Assembly (NCBI GenBank): GCA_002083555.1
Contig: MSXN01000007.1
Span: forward strand, 65,889 to 129,888
Direction: 5' to 3'
DNA length: 64,000 nt
DNA from: Nitrospira sp. ST-bin5
Lineage (GTDB): Bacteria; Nitrospirota; Nitrospiria; Nitrospirales; Nitrospiraceae
Position numbers and translations under genes: made by a program. Of this stretch, positions 29,804-40,556 are shown in pieces. Numbering within the stretch: the first letter of the stretch is position 1; every line of letters starts with the position of its first letter. Below the pieces are notes generated by a model, which saw only the letters and a program-made list of their open reading frames with translations, made no database searches and was not told where the DNA came from.

Positions 29804-31006
29804 ATGATGATTCAACGATGGGCAGAACGGGTAGCATCTATTCAAGCCGCCATCCGAGAGAGCGGGTCGGCCGACGGCTGGCTCTTTTATGACTTTCGCG
29901 GAAGCGATCCGCTGGCCTATCGCGTGTTGTTGCTCGACCCGTCGCGGCATGTGACGCGCCGGTGGTACTACTGGATTCCCGCAGAGGGCACGCCCGTCAA
30001 ATTACTCCATCGCATTGAGCCGCATGCGCTGGAAGAATTGCCCGGCCAGGACCGGCAGTATGTATCATGGGAGCAGCAGCGGACGCTCCTGGCCTCGATT
30101 CTCAAGGGCTCGCGCCGCATCGCGATGCAATATTCTCCGCTCAACGCGGTCCCCTATGTGTCTCGTGTGGATGCCGGTACCATCGAGTTGATTCGTAGTC
30201 TTGGAGTGGATGTCGTCAGTGCTGCGGATCTGGTGCAACGATTTGAGGCGGTCTGGACTGATGCGCAACTCGAATCGCATCAATATGCGGTGACGGCGTT
30301 ACGCCGGATCGTCGATGAGGCGTTTGCCCATGTCGGCTCATCGCTGCAGGCCGGCCGATCGCTTAACGAATATGATCTTCAGCAGTTTATTCTTGGACGG
30401 ATTCATGATGCGGGGATGATCACCTCCAGCCCGCCGATTGCTGCCGTGAATGCGCATAGCGCCGATCCCCATTACGGTCCGACAGCGGCTGGGTCGTCAC
30501 CCGTATTGCGTGACAGCCTGGTGCTGATCGATCTGTGGGCGAAGCGCACGGAACCAGGCGCGGTTTATGGAGACATCACCTGGACCGGATTCACGGCCCG
30601 TGACATTCCCTCGCGCCATCGAGAGATCTTTGATTGTGTACGACGAGGTCGTGATGCGGCGCTGTCGTTTGTGCAACAGCGAGTGGCATCCGGGCAATTG
30701 CCCTATGGTTGGGAGGTCGACGAGGCTTGTCGGCAGGTGATTACTAGGGCCGGGTATGGAGACCGGTTCGTGCATCGGACGGGGCATTCGATCGGTGAAG
30801 AAGTGCATGGGAACGGAGCCAATATTGATAATCTTGAAACGCAAGAGAGTCGACGGCTCATGCCCAGGACTTGTTTCTCCATCGAGCCGGGTATCTATCT
30901 TCCTGACGAGTTCGGGATTCGTAGCGAACTTGATGTGTATGTTTCTGAGGAAGCCGCAGTCGCGTACGGCCATCCGCTACAGACGGAAATTGTCGCGATT
31001 GGTTAG
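29804..31006 (+). CDS. M24 (Xaa-Pro) metallopeptidase
   Basis: LIDLWAK, YGDITW, HRTGHSIG..VHG, SIEPGIY, GIRSE; start 29804 or 29807. Confidence 0.9.
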   Translation: MMIQRWAERVASIQAAIRESGSADGWLFYDFRGSDPLAYRVLLLDPSRHVTRRWYYWIPAEGTPVKLLHRIEPHALEELPGQDRQYVSWEQQRTLLASILKGSRRIAMQYSPLNAVPYVSRVDAGTIELIRSLGVDVVSAADLVQRFEAVWTDAQLESHQYAVTALRRIVDEAFAHVGSSLQAGRSLNEYDLQQFILGRIHDAGMITSSPPIAAVNAHSADPHYGPTAAGSSPVLRDSLVLIDLWAKRTEPGAVYGDITWTGFTARDIPSRHREIFDCVRRGRDAALSFVQQRVASGQLPYGWEVDEACRQVITRAGYGDRFVHRTGHSIGEEVHGNGANIDNLETQESRRLMPRTCFSIEPGIYLPDEFGIRSELDVYVSEEAAVAYGHPLQTEIVAIG

Positions 31007-31042
31007 TTCGGCCCGAAGGACTCTGTCAGCCCTACCCGTTTC

Positions 31043-31072
31043 TTGACAGGTTCTTATTGTGGCGGCTAGATT
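31043..31072 (+). promoter_or_regulatory. Putative sigma-70 promoter
   Basis: TTGACA (31043-31048), 18 nt, TAGATT (31067-31072) upstream of the TatA-like gene. Confidence 0.5.
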
Positions 31073-31136
31073 CTTTCATTGTATGAAGGTTGAGTGATAG
31101 CGGTGTTGGCCACCTGCGAGCAGGAAGGGTACGACC

Positions 31137-31940
31137 ATGTTCGGGACAATGGGGATTTCAGAGCTGATCATCATTCTGGTGATCGTGTTGATTATTTTCG
31201 GAGCAGGCCGCTTGCCGCAAATCGGCGAGGGTGTTGGTAAAGCTCTGAAAGGGTTCAAAAAGGAGGTGAATGAGATCCCACCTCCTCAAGAAGTTGCCCA
31301 GGCTCAGCCTGACGTGACGGCGACGGTTGAGGCAGCCCACGTTGATAGAGCATCGGATCTTCAGCCAGCTGCATCGGTTCAGGTCGCGCCGAAGGCGACG
31401 AATGTCCCCTATGTACCTGGTCCTGAACTGACGCCAGGAACCACGGCTTCGATGATGTACAACATGGGCCCACAATCTCCCCAAGCTCCTCGTCCGACCG
31501 GCGCCCCACCGATTCAGGCGGGTGGCGGGCAACAGGCCCTGTCGATGGAGGAGCGAGCCGCCGCCCCGGCTCCCATGTCCCGCGCGCAATATCCGCCGCT
31601 TCCTCCGGGAGCTCAAGCGAAGCCTGCAGCGAAGCGTCCTTCAGCCATTGTAAACAAGGATGCGGTCGCGCGTGTACAGGCGCAGCAAGCCGCGTTGAAG
31701 GCGAAAGCGGCTCAAGCGCCAGCGGGGTTATCTCCAAACGATATGCAGGGCCTTGGCGAAGGGTTGGGGGACGCGTTGCGAACATTCCGGCAAACGGTTG
31801 CTGATGTGCGGAATACCGTGGATCCTCAAGTGAGAACCATCCAATTTGAGATGGATTCCGCGCAGAAAGAGTTTCAGCAGTCTTTGGAAGCGGCCAGGGA
31901 GCTGCCTGCGGTGGAGGAAGAGCCCCCCAAACAGGCTTGA
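31137..31940 (+). CDS. TatA/E-family protein with long C-terminal extension (267 aa)
   Basis: [38 protein letters not shown] is the TatA TM, FG hinge and amphipathic helix. Confidence 0.85.
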   Translation: MFGTMGISELIIILVIVLIIFGAGRLPQIGEGVGKALKGFKKEVNEIPPPQEVAQAQPDVTATVEAAHVDRASDLQPAASVQVAPKATNVPYVPGPELTPGTTASMMYNMGPQSPQAPRPTGAPPIQAGGGQQALSMEERAAAPAPMSRAQYPPLPPGAQAKPAAKRPSAIVNKDAVARVQAQQAALKAKAAQAPAGLSPNDMQGLGEGLGDALRTFRQTVADVRNTVDPQVRTIQFEMDSAQKEFQQSLEAARELPAVEEEPPKQA

Positions 31941-31975
31941 AGCTCTACGATTGTTATCCACCCAGTATTGTTACG

Positions 31976-32800
31976 ATGCCCTCTTCTAGCGTGTTAGTTT
32001 TGCTCAGCCTCTGTTTTGCCTCGCTACTCGGATGCTACCAACCGCCAGCGACTTCCTCTCCACAACGTACCGTAGACACACTGTTGAGGCTGTTGCATGA
32101 CAGTGACGCCATGGCTCGGCGAACCGCTGCCGAAGCCTTGGGCAAGATCGGGAATCCTCAGGCCATTGCCGCGCTTGTCATGGCGTTAGGCGACCAGTCG
32201 CCCATTGTTCGTGAGGCGTCTGTACGGAGTCTAGGCGGCCTAGGTCCTCTTGATCTGGTTGCCAGAGTGCATATAGCAGGTTTGCTCATTGACCCTGTCC
32301 AATCAGTGCGCTCCGCTGCAGCACAGAACTTGGCCTCTCTCGATTCCACTAAAGAGCTCTGGCCGCTGGCAATGTCGCAGTTGGCTCATGCAGATCCAGA
32401 GGTACGTCGTGCCGTGATTCAGGCCTTTGAGAGCATTGACTCTCCCGCGATAGTGAGAGTGCTCGTAGGCAGTCTGCATGATCCTGATCCACGAGTCCGC
32501 CAAACCGCAGTGGCTGTGTTAGGGGAGTCAGGGGACTCCAAGGTTGTGGAATTGTTCCGTGAACAACTGAAGGCAGAGTCCTCGGCAAATGTCCGGGGTG
32601 AGATTGCCTATCGACTGCAATTCTTTTCAGAGGGAGGGTTTGAAGAAGAGCTGCGATTCGTGGCGAGCCATGATGAGAGCGCTCAAGTGCGACGCTGGGG
32701 TGACCAAACGCTTAGGGGGCTGCGGGGAGCACGCGATTCCGGTTCAAGGCCTCAACCAATTCCACCAGCTGTGCCTGAGCCTTCTCATCAATATCCGTAA
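31976..32800 (+). CDS. HEAT-repeat lipoprotein
   Basis: Lipobox-like SLLGC; repeated D..VR.AA..LG units. Confidence 0.75.
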   Translation: MPSSSVLVLLSLCFASLLGCYQPPATSSPQRTVDTLLRLLHDSDAMARRTAAEALGKIGNPQAIAALVMALGDQSPIVREASVRSLGGLGPLDLVARVHIAGLLIDPVQSVRSAAAQNLASLDSTKELWPLAMSQLAHADPEVRRAVIQAFESIDSPAIVRVLVGSLHDPDPRVRQTAVAVLGESGDSKVVELFREQLKAESSANVRGEIAYRLQFFSEGGFEEELRFVASHDESAQVRRWGDQTLRGLRGARDSGSRPQPIPPAVPEPSHQYP

Positions 32801-33239
32801 ACTGGACCCCCATTCCTGGAAACAAGAGATGGCGCTCGGGGCGATTTCTCGTCCAGGCCACTTTGCCCTTGGCTTTGACCTTCTCCCAGGGCCGATCTGG
32901 CAATGCAAATTCCACAGACACTTCCGTTCCGGGTGCGAGCGGCGTACCGCTTTCAATGAAGAGCCCGCCTCCGCCTATACCCCCGGTGAGGCTATCAAAC
33001 TGTTTCCCTTCGGGCGTGGAATAGCGGACTTTCAGTGCGAGTGGCGCTCGGGGATGTGTGCGGCAATGGGCGAAGCGCGTATCGTCATCACTCGCCAGGA
33101 GTCGATCGATGATGTGTCCCCAGGGGATTCCTCCCAGGAGAGTGCCCGAGGGATCGTGGATAAGAATCATTTCTTGATCGGCATCGACGACGAGGTATTT
33201 CCCTTGGTGACCTTCTGTGGTGACGACGGGATGTTTCAT
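32712..33239 (-). CDS. PilZ-domain protein
   Basis: RTHPR (RxxxR), GLFIES..PLAPGT, GKVAW, PGMGVQF. Confidence 0.85.
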   Translation of the reverse strand: MKHPVVTTEGHQGKYLVVDADQEMILIHDPSGTLLGGIPWGHIIDRLLASDDDTRFAHCRTHPRAPLALKVRYSTPEGKQFDSLTGGIGGGGLFIESGTPLAPGTEVSVEFALPDRPWEKVKAKGKVAWTRNRPERHLLFPGMGVQFTDIDEKAQAQLVELVEALNRNRVLPAAP

Positions 33240-33290
33240 CGGTGAGGAACCTCAGGTGGTCTGGCGCTAAGGAGGGCAGTCATCCCTATT

Positions 33291-33809
33291 TCAAGCGGCT
33301 CGTTCGGCGCCATCGACGGTTTTTACGATGGCCAAGATGCGCTCCCGTGCTTCTGGCTGAATGTCCGTGAATCGAACACCCATGCCGGGACTAAAGGTGT
33401 ATTGATCGGCCTTGGGACAGACCCAGGCAACGACTCCTTTAGCCTGAATCCACTCTGAGGGCTGTTCCGGGAGGGAGAACTCCATGGCGAGCTTGGTACC
33501 GACTTGGAGTGGTGTTGTACTTTCGATAAAGAGTCCGCCTCCGCCGATGCCTCCTGCACGACTATCGTAGCGATCGCCTTCAGGAGTCTTGTAGCGTACT
33601 CGAAACGCAAGATTGATGCGGGGCTCAGAGCGCGTTTCTTTGGGGAGCGCAGGTTTGCGATAGGCGAGGATCTGATCTATCACGAAATCCCAGGAGAGGC
33701 TTCCAATCGCCTCACCGTTGTTCCCGAGTAGATTCACGATTTCTCGTGAGGCGTCCAGTTCGAGGACTTTCCCTTTGTGGCGAAGGCTGAGGGATACGGG
33801 GAGTTTCAC
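33291..33809 (-). CDS. PilZ-domain protein (paralog of the adjacent gene)
   Basis: GTG at 33809 after AGGAGG; RSEPR, GLFIES..PLQVGT, GVVAW, PGMGVRF. Confidence 0.85.
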   Translation of the reverse strand: MKLPVSLSLRHKGKVLELDASREIVNLLGNNGEAIGSLSWDFVIDQILAYRKPALPKETRSEPRINLAFRVRYKTPEGDRYDSRAGGIGGGGLFIESTTPLQVGTKLAMEFSLPEQPSEWIQAKGVVAWVCPKADQYTFSPGMGVRFTDIQPEARERILAIVKTVDGAERAA

Positions 33810-33965
33810 GGGGCCTCCTAGGGCGATTCTTATACTCCCCAAATATAGCGGCTTATTTTCTGTTGTCGAGTAATACGTGAGAAATACTCAAGTCATCGCA
33901 ACAGGATCTGATAATTGGCTGAATAGCCAGAGGAATAGAGAGTCATATAGGGGGCGAGGGGGGAG

Positions 33966-33995
33966 GAGCCCGAGCCACATGAGTGACTCGGGTTC
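33966..33995 (-). terminator. Hairpin downstream of clpX
   Basis: GAGCCCGAGCCAC-ATGA-GTGACTCGGGTTC, 10 nt past the clpX stop; no clear U tract. Confidence 0.4.
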
Positions 33996-34005
33996 AGGGT
34001 CGCGT

Positions 34006-35262
34006 TTACGCGCTCTTAGCGTCTTTATCCTGCTCAAAGATTCTGATGGGAGGGTTCTTTCCGGAAATGGCATCCTCCGTAATGAGGACTTCCTTAATTT
34101 GCTTTTGTGACGGGGCATCGTACATCACGTCCAGCATCACTTCTTCGAGGATGGCACGGAGTCCTCGGGCCCCGGTCTTTTGCAGATAGGCTTTGCGGGC
34201 GACGGCGCCGAGGGCCCCGTCGGTAAATTTGAGTTTCACTTTTTCGAAGGAGAGTAATTTCTCATATTGTTTTGTCAGGGCGTTGCGTGGTTCGGTCAAG
34301 ATCCGAACCAGCGCCCGCTCATCCAATTCTTCCAGCGTCGCGACGACGGGGACGCGACCCACAAACTCCGGGATGAGTCCGTACTTGAGGAAATCTTCCG
34401 GCTGCACGTGGGCGAGCATTTCTCCCAGTCGAGCCTCGCTGCGTCCGCGAATTTCAGCCCCAAAGCCCATCGATTTGCGATTCAAGCGCTGTTCGACGAG
34501 CGATTCCAGTCCGACGAACGCACCTCCGCAGATGAAGAGGATATTGCTCGTGTTCACCTGGATGAACTCTTGGTGGGGATGTTTCCGTCCGCCTTGCGGC
34601 GGGACGTTGGCTACGGTGCCTTCGATCAGCTTGAGCAGCGCTTGCTGCACACCTTCTCCGGAGACGTCGCGCGTGATCGAGGGACTGTCGCTCTTGCGGC
34701 TGATCTTATCGATTTCATCAATGTAGACGATGCCTCGTTCAGCCCGTTCGACATCGTAATCGGCTGCTTGGAGGAGCTTCAGGATGATGTTTTCGACATC
34801 TTCCCCCACGTACCCGGCTTCCGTCAGGGTTGTGGCGTCAGCCATGGTAAAGGGGACATCGAGATACTTGGCCAGGGTCTGGGCGAGCAGGGTCTTTCCC
34901 GTCCCGGTCGGGCCGACCACAAGGATGTTTCCCTTTTGGAGTTCGACATCGTCGACGTCTTTTTCCTTCGAGGAGATGCGTTTGTAGTGATTGTGGACGG
35001 CGACGGAGAGAATGCGCTTCGCGCGGTCTTGCCCCACGACATATTGATCGAGGTGATGCTTGATATCGGCAGGCTTTTTAAGCTTGGAGGAGATTTCTTC
35101 CTTGGCCTCTTCCCAGTCTTCCGCAATGATGTCATTGCAGAGATTGACGCATTCGTCACAGATATAGACGGTCGGCCCCGCGATCAGCTTGCGTACTTCA
35201 TCGCGGCTTTTCCCGCAAAAGGAACACCGCAAATGTCGATCCACCTTCTCCTGCTTGGCCAT
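34006..35262 (-). CDS. clpX: ATP-dependent Clp protease ATP-binding subunit
   Basis: CSFCGK..ICDEC zinc finger, [28 protein letters not shown] 35262 after GGAGG. Confidence 0.98.
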   Translation of the reverse strand: MAKQEKVDRHLRCSFCGKSRDEVRKLIAGPTVYICDECVNLCNDIIAEDWEEAKEEISSKLKKPADIKHHLDQYVVGQDRAKRILSVAVHNHYKRISSKEKDVDDVELQKGNILVVGPTGTGKTLLAQTLAKYLDVPFTMADATTLTEAGYVGEDVENIILKLLQAADYDVERAERGIVYIDEIDKISRKSDSPSITRDVSGEGVQQALLKLIEGTVANVPPQGGRKHPHQEFIQVNTSNILFICGGAFVGLESLVEQRLNRKSMGFGAEIRGRSEARLGEMLAHVQPEDFLKYGLIPEFVGRVPVVATLEELDERALVRILTEPRNALTKQYEKLLSFEKVKLKFTDGALGAVARKAYLQKTGARGLRAILEEVMLDVMYDAPSQKQIKEVLITEDAISGKNPPIRIFEQDKDAKSA

Positions 35263-35275
35263 GCGTCCTCCTGTG

Positions 35276-35914
35276 TTACTTACCCTTGGCGCCGTCTTTG
35301 GCTGCGTCCCCAGACTCCACGGACTTGAGTCCTTTGGTCTGTCGGGAAATGACTTCGTCAATCAGGCCGTAGGTTTTGGCCTCTTCGGCGGACATGAAAT
35401 AATCGCGCTCGGTATCGTGAGAGATCTTTTCGATCGGCTGGCCGGTGTGCTTCGCCATAATCTCGTTCAACCGTTCGCGGATTTTGAGGATCTCTCGGGC
35501 ATGAATGTCGATTTCAGTGGCCTGTCCTTGGAACCCACCGAGCGGTTGATGAATCATGACGCGGGCGTTTGGCAGGGCATAGCGCTTACCCTTTGCGCCG
35601 GCGGTGAGGAGCAATGCGCCCATGCTGGCAGCCTGGCCGAGGCAGATGGTGTTGATCGGTGGTTTCACATATTGCATCGTGTCATAGATACCGAGCCCTG
35701 CCGTGACGCTGCCGCCGGGAGAATTCACGTAGAGATTGATGTCCTTTTCTGGGTCTTCGGCCTCCAGGAATAAGAGCTGGGCAATGACAAGATTCGCGAA
35801 CATGTCATCGATCGGCGCGCCCAGGAAAATGATCCGGTCTTTTAGGAGCCGGGAGTAGATATCGTAGGAGCGTTCGCCTCGATTGGTTTGTTCGACTACG
35901 ATCGGGACCAACAT
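35276..35914 (-). CDS. clpP: ATP-dependent Clp protease proteolytic subunit
   Basis: [37 protein letters not shown] 35914. Confidence 0.98.
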   Translation of the reverse strand: MLVPIVVEQTNRGERSYDIYSRLLKDRIIFLGAPIDDMFANLVIAQLLFLEAEDPEKDINLYVNSPGGSVTAGLGIYDTMQYVKPPINTICLGQAASMGALLLTAGAKGKRYALPNARVMIHQPLGGFQGQATEIDIHAREILKIRERLNEIMAKHTGQPIEKISHDTERDYFMSAEEAKTYGLIDEVISRQTKGLKSVESGDAAKDGAKGK

Positions 35915-35980
35915 AGATTCATTTCCTTTCCGCAATGTTTGGAGCGCGCCACTCGGTCGAGGCGTTTGCAGGCACCGTGT

Positions 35981-37303
35981 CTAACCTTGGATTACAGAGT
36001 TGCGGTATACAAAGTCCAACGCTTTATCTGCCAGAATACGCGAGCGCAATTCTTCGATGGAATCCTGGCCGCCGGCCTGAATCATTTTCACGAGCTCAGC
36101 CATCGGGACGCGGAGTTCGGTGGCCAGCCTGGTGACTTCGTTGTTCATATCTTCCTGGCTGACCGAGATGGATTCCTTCGTGGCAATGGCTTCGAGGATC
36201 AGGCCGACTTTGACGCGCCGGTTGGCTTCATCTCGGTTCTCTTCGCGGATGGTCTTGAGTTCTTCGGCCGTTGCGGCGGGTGATGGATCGGTGGCCTTGC
36301 CACGTTGCCGCTCTTGGAGTCTCTGCCGCACGATGGCATCCAATTCACGTGTGACCAGGGTTTCCGGCAGGTCAAAGTGGTGCGTTTCGGCCAGCCGTTT
36401 GAGAATCGTATCTTTGTAGGATTCATCAATGTCGCGTTTGAGAGCTTTTTCCATCTCACTGCGCAGTTTGTCCTTAATTTCTTGAAGTGACGAGAACGGC
36501 CCGCAGTCCTTGGCAAACTCGTCGTCGAGTGCCGGCAGCGTTTTCTGCTTCACGCCTTTGATGGCGAGGCCGAACTTCACGGTTTTGCCGGCGACCCGGG
36601 TATCGGGGTGACTGCTGGGGTAATTCTGTGGAATGTCGATGATGTCTCCGTCTTTCTTGCCGACTAAATAACTGTCGATTTCAATGCCGAGGAGTGTGGC
36701 TTTGGAACCGACTTTGTGAAGCTGGCCTTCTTTCTTGGTTCCCTCGAGCGGCGCGCCATCGAGAAAGCCTTCGAGGTCAACGACGGCAAAATCGCCATCG
36801 CTTAATGTGGTGCCGGGCGCGGCGGCTTCAAGCCGTGCCTGCTGTTCACGCAGGACATCCAGGGCCCGATCGAGCTGCTCGTCGGTGACGGTCCGTTTGT
36901 CCGGCTTCAGCGAAATCGGGTTGGGGGCTTTATAGTCACGCAGTTCAATGGTCGGCTTGATTTCGACTGTGGCCGTGAAGGTAAAGGGTTCGTCCTTCTT
37001 GATTTTGACACGTTCCAGCGGCGGGATCTCGACCAGCACCGGGCTAATGCCGGCCTCGCGGACGGCGCGGTCATAGAAATCCGGCACGATGCTACGAATG
37101 ACATCTTCCTCGACTTCTTTAGCGTAGCGTTTTTCAAGGAGGCCCAGTGGGGCTTTCCCAGGGCGGAACCCGGGGATGCGTACTTGGCGGTTCAGTTCCG
37201 TATAGGCGCGCGAGAAACGCTGGGTGACTTCATGAGCAGGGACTTCGATTTTCAATGCCCGCTTCATGGGGCCCAGTTCGGTCATTTCCATCTTCATCGT
37301 CAT
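35981..37303 (-). CDS. tig: Trigger factor
   Basis: IPGFRPGKAP ribosome-binding motif; FKBP-like middle domain; tig-clpP-clpX order. Start 37303 or 37297. Confidence 0.96.
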   Translation of the reverse strand: MTMKMEMTELGPMKRALKIEVPAHEVTQRFSRAYTELNRQVRIPGFRPGKAPLGLLEKRYAKEVEEDVIRSIVPDFYDRAVREAGISPVLVEIPPLERVKIKKDEPFTFTATVEIKPTIELRDYKAPNPISLKPDKRTVTDEQLDRALDVLREQQARLEAAAPGTTLSDGDFAVVDLEGFLDGAPLEGTKKEGQLHKVGSKATLLGIEIDSYLVGKKDGDIIDIPQNYPSSHPDTRVAGKTVKFGLAIKGVKQKTLPALDDEFAKDCGPFSSLQEIKDKLRSEMEKALKRDIDESYKDTILKRLAETHHFDLPETLVTRELDAIVRQRLQERQRGKATDPSPAATAEELKTIREENRDEANRRVKVGLILEAIATKESISVSQEDMNNEVTRLATELRVPMAELVKMIQAGGQDSIEELRSRILADKALDFVYRNSVIQG

Positions 37304-37362
37304 GCGTCCATGTCCTTCCACGTTCCATGAGGGGCGTGCCCAAACGGAGTTGCTGTCAAATT

Positions 37363-37445
37363 TGGTGCGAGCGGAGGGACTTGAACCCCCACGGTTACCC
37401 ACGAGATCCTAAGTCTCGCGCGTCTGCCAGTTTCGCCACGCTCGC
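37363..37445 (-). tRNA. tRNA-Leu(TAG)
   Basis: Reverse complement GCGAGCGTGGCGAAACTGGCAGACGCGCGAGACTTAGGATCTCG...GGTTCAAGTCCCTCCGCTCGCACCA. Confidence 0.97.
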
Positions 37446-37801
37446 ACGGTGGGGAGCATCGCGGGGCTGTCGCCGTGGATGCTGAGACAGCAAAACACGC
37501 GATTGTGTAAGCCTTTTGTACCGTCGAAGGCGACCCACTGTCAACCCATACTCCCGTGGGGTTTACGCAGTTCTGACCGTCCAGACAGCGAACAATAGAG
37601 AGCAGTGAGGACCATGAGCAGGGGACTGTATGGATTTGCCTGCCTGAAGGGGGAGGTTGGGGTGGGAATCGGTGGTCCTGGCTCGCACTTGAGGGTGAGA
37701 GTATACTGTCTTGCAGGGTATCCAGCGAAGGGGGCGGCATGGCTGGAGACTGCAAGAGTTGGTGTATCCCGATCTCCCCGCACAGGTAAGGAGGTGGTGC
37801 G

Positions 37802-38884
37802 ATGTATCGATTCCCTGTCTTCATCTCCATCATTGTCAGTTGGGGCATGGTGCTGTGGAGCGCCCCCGCTGGGGCGTATCGTGAATATTTCACGGCGGAA
37901 CAGAAAGCGCAGCTCGATAAGATTCAAGTGGTACTGGTCGAGACCCTGGCCCTGACCGACAAGGGAGCGGTTGATGCCGGCCCATTGGCTTCGGTCGTGT
38001 CGCGCCGTCTGGGCGAGATTGGCTATACCGTGGTGCAGGATGTCTCGAAGCCGCATGATGCGGTATTCCGAGTGAAATGCGAACAGCGCAAGACCTGGGA
38101 GGGCACGGCCTCATCGGGGGGGGACAATGATTTGCCCGACGCCCCCTCTCGCCTTTGGAAAGGCCCGGCCTGCCAGCTGACGTATGCATTAGGTGGTATG
38201 AAGATTAAATGGCAGAAGGAAGTCCGCACGGATTTTGAAGATGTTTCTGCCGCCGCTCAGGCTGCTCAGGCCGGAGATCCAGGAAGTTTTGCCATTGCGC
38301 GGCTGACGGATCAACTCGAGAAATATGAGTTCCCGTTGATTCTCGCAGCCGAATGGGGCCATGCCGACCGCTTGCTGAGGTTGATGGATTCTTCAGAGAC
38401 GAGTCTGCCTAGGAAGGTAAAAATCATTTCGCTGTTGGGCGAGATGCAGGCGGATGAAGCCCTGCCGAAGCTGAAGCAGGTGCTCCAGGACCGCGATCTG
38501 GCCAAGCAGGCGCTGGTGGCGATGGGCAATCTCGGAAAGGAAGGGATTCCGCTGCTTGTGGATGTTATGAATACGTCCACAATGGTAGACATGCAAGCCT
38601 CTGCCGCAAAGGGTTTGGGGCAATTGGGCGGCGTGCATGGCGACGCGTCAGTTGTTCTCCCCTTGCTCGCCAAGTTGCAAGATCCGAACACAGATTGGAC
38701 GGTGCTGACCGAAGTGGCCTGGGCGCTGGGTAAAATTCCCGACAAGCGTTCGATTCAACCGCTCTACGATTTAGATAAGAAGCTGCAGAGGCTGCGGGAT
38801 CCGGACAATCAGGTACTGAAAAAATTGAAGGAAGCCGTCTTCTGGGCGATCAAGCAGTGTGATACCTGGGATCAATATAGCTGA
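37802..38884 (+). CDS. Exported protein with C-terminal HEAT repeats
   Basis: AAGGAGGTG RBS; signal peptide ending AGA; LGEM/MGNLG/LGQLG/ALGKI repeats. Confidence 0.78.
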   Translation: MYRFPVFISIIVSWGMVLWSAPAGAYREYFTAEQKAQLDKIQVVLVETLALTDKGAVDAGPLASVVSRRLGEIGYTVVQDVSKPHDAVFRVKCEQRKTWEGTASSGGDNDLPDAPSRLWKGPACQLTYALGGMKIKWQKEVRTDFEDVSAAAQAAQAGDPGSFAIARLTDQLEKYEFPLILAAEWGHADRLLRLMDSSETSLPRKVKIISLLGEMQADEALPKLKQVLQDRDLAKQALVAMGNLGKEGIPLLVDVMNTSTMVDMQASAAKGLGQLGGVHGDASVVLPLLAKLQDPNTDWTVLTEVAWALGKIPDKRSIQPLYDLDKKLQRLRDPDNQVLKKLKEAVFWAIKQCDTWDQYS

Positions 38885-38963
38885 GATAGTTGAGCGGTCG
38901 TTGACATTGCATGGCTTGCCTCCTATCGTGCTTCGTGTTGGGTGAACCAACACGGAGTACGAT

Positions 38964-40535
38964 ATGCCAACCGGTCCCGCCCCTGACGGATCTACGAATC
39001 CCCGCGCAATACTCGAACGCATAACCCTTCAAATGGCCTCGAGTCTCGACCTTCAGGTGGTGCTGGACACCATCACGCAGGGCCTGGTGGAGGAATTGGA
39101 TGCGGCCTTCGCCCGTATCTGGCTCCTGGGTCCCGGCGATCTCTGTGCCGACTGTTACAAAGCGGCCGACTGCACGAACCGGAGCCGCTGCCTGCATCTT
39201 GAAGCAAGCGCCGGGCTCTATGCCAATCTCAAAGGGGAATATCGCCGCATTCCGCTGGGCGCATTGAAGATCGGAAAGATCGCGCAAGGATCCGGCGCCA
39301 TCTTTACGAACGACGTACTCGGCGACGATCGACTTCCGAATAAACAATGGATGACCGACAATGGTCTCCGCTCCTTTGCCGGGCATCCGCTGAAGTTCCG
39401 CTGGGAAGTGCTCGGCGTCATCGCGATGTTCGGACGCCGGCCGCTCAGTGAAGAGGAGTTCGAGCGATTGGCCGTCTTTGCCAGCGAGGCCGCGATTGCG
39501 ATCAAGAATGCGCAGCTGTTTACGGAAGTGCAACAGCTCAAGGATCGTCTGCAAGCCGAGAATCTCTACCTTCGTGAAGAGATCAAGCTCGAGCATAACT
39601 TTGAAGAGATCATCGGCGAAAGCCAGAGTATCAAGGCTGTGCTACGATCGATCGAACAGGTTGCACCGACCGACTCAACGGTCCTCGTCCGCGGAGATAC
39701 CGGGACGGGCAAGGAACTGATCGCCAGGGCGATCCACCACATGAGCCCTCGCAGGGCACGATCCCTGGTGAAGGTGAACTGCGGCGCGATCCCCGCCAAT
39801 CTTCTCGAAAGCGAACTCTTCGGGCATGAGAAGGGATCGTTTACCGGAGCATTACAGCGCCGCATCGGCAGATTTGAATTGGCGAATGGAGGGACGATCT
39901 TCCTGGATGAAGTGGGAGAACTCCCGTTGGATGCGCAGGTGAAGCTTCTGCGGGTGTTGCAGGAACGGGAATTCGAACGGGTCGGCAGCGGTCATTCGAT
40001 GAGGGTCGATGTGCGGGTAATCGCCGCAACCAATCGCGATCTACATGCGGCGGTAAAGGCCGGTTCCTTCCGGGCCGATCTCCTCTACCGGCTAAATGTG
40101 TTTCCGATCGAGGTGCCACCCCTGTCTGCCCGTGCCGCCGATATTCCACCTTTGGTTATCCACTTCATCGCCAAGTTTTCAACCAAACTTGGTAAGCGAT
40201 TTGACGGTGTGTCTCACGCGACCATGGACCGTCTGAGGACTTATTCATGGCCCGGCAACATTCGAGAACTGGAAAATGTGATCGAACGGGCCACGATTCT
40301 CGCAAACGGACCGATGCTACAGATCGATGACGCATTCCTCCATGTGGGGCCTGCACCTTCACATCGCGAGGGGACCATGGAAGAAGTCGAACGGGCGCAT
40401 ATTCTCCATGTCCTCCAGGAAGCGAACTGGGTCATTGAAGGGAAGCAGGGAGCCGCCACTCGGCTGGACCTCCATCCCAACACCCTTCGCTCGCGCATGA
40501 ATAAGCTCGGCATCAAGAAACCCCGTCTCACCTAA
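38964..40535 (+). CDS. Sigma-54-dependent activator (GAF-AAA+-HTH, FhlA/NifA-like) with a 4-Cys insert
   Basis: GDTGTGKE, ESELFGHEKGSFTGA, FLDEVGE, WPGNIRELEN, Fis-type HTH. Confidence 0.93.
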   Translation: MPTGPAPDGSTNPRAILERITLQMASSLDLQVVLDTITQGLVEELDAAFARIWLLGPGDLCADCYKAADCTNRSRCLHLEASAGLYANLKGEYRRIPLGALKIGKIAQGSGAIFTNDVLGDDRLPNKQWMTDNGLRSFAGHPLKFRWEVLGVIAMFGRRPLSEEEFERLAVFASEAAIAIKNAQLFTEVQQLKDRLQAENLYLREEIKLEHNFEEIIGESQSIKAVLRSIEQVAPTDSTVLVRGDTGTGKELIARAIHHMSPRRARSLVKVNCGAIPANLLESELFGHEKGSFTGALQRRIGRFELANGGTIFLDEVGELPLDAQVKLLRVLQEREFERVGSGHSMRVDVRVIAATNRDLHAAVKAGSFRADLLYRLNVFPIEVPPLSARAADIPPLVIHFIAKFSTKLGKRFDGVSHATMDRLRTYSWPGNIRELENVIERATILANGPMLQIDDAFLHVGPAPSHREGTMEEVERAHILHVLQEANWVIEGKQGAATRLDLHPNTLRSRMNKLGIKKPRLT

Positions 40536-40556
40536 GCAAATCGATCTCCCTTCCTC

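Noticed and set aside
37446..37801. ORFs or structured RNA between tRNA-Leu(TAG) and the HEAT gene
   Set aside because: Overlapping track ORFs lack motifs and RBS support; no convincing structure.
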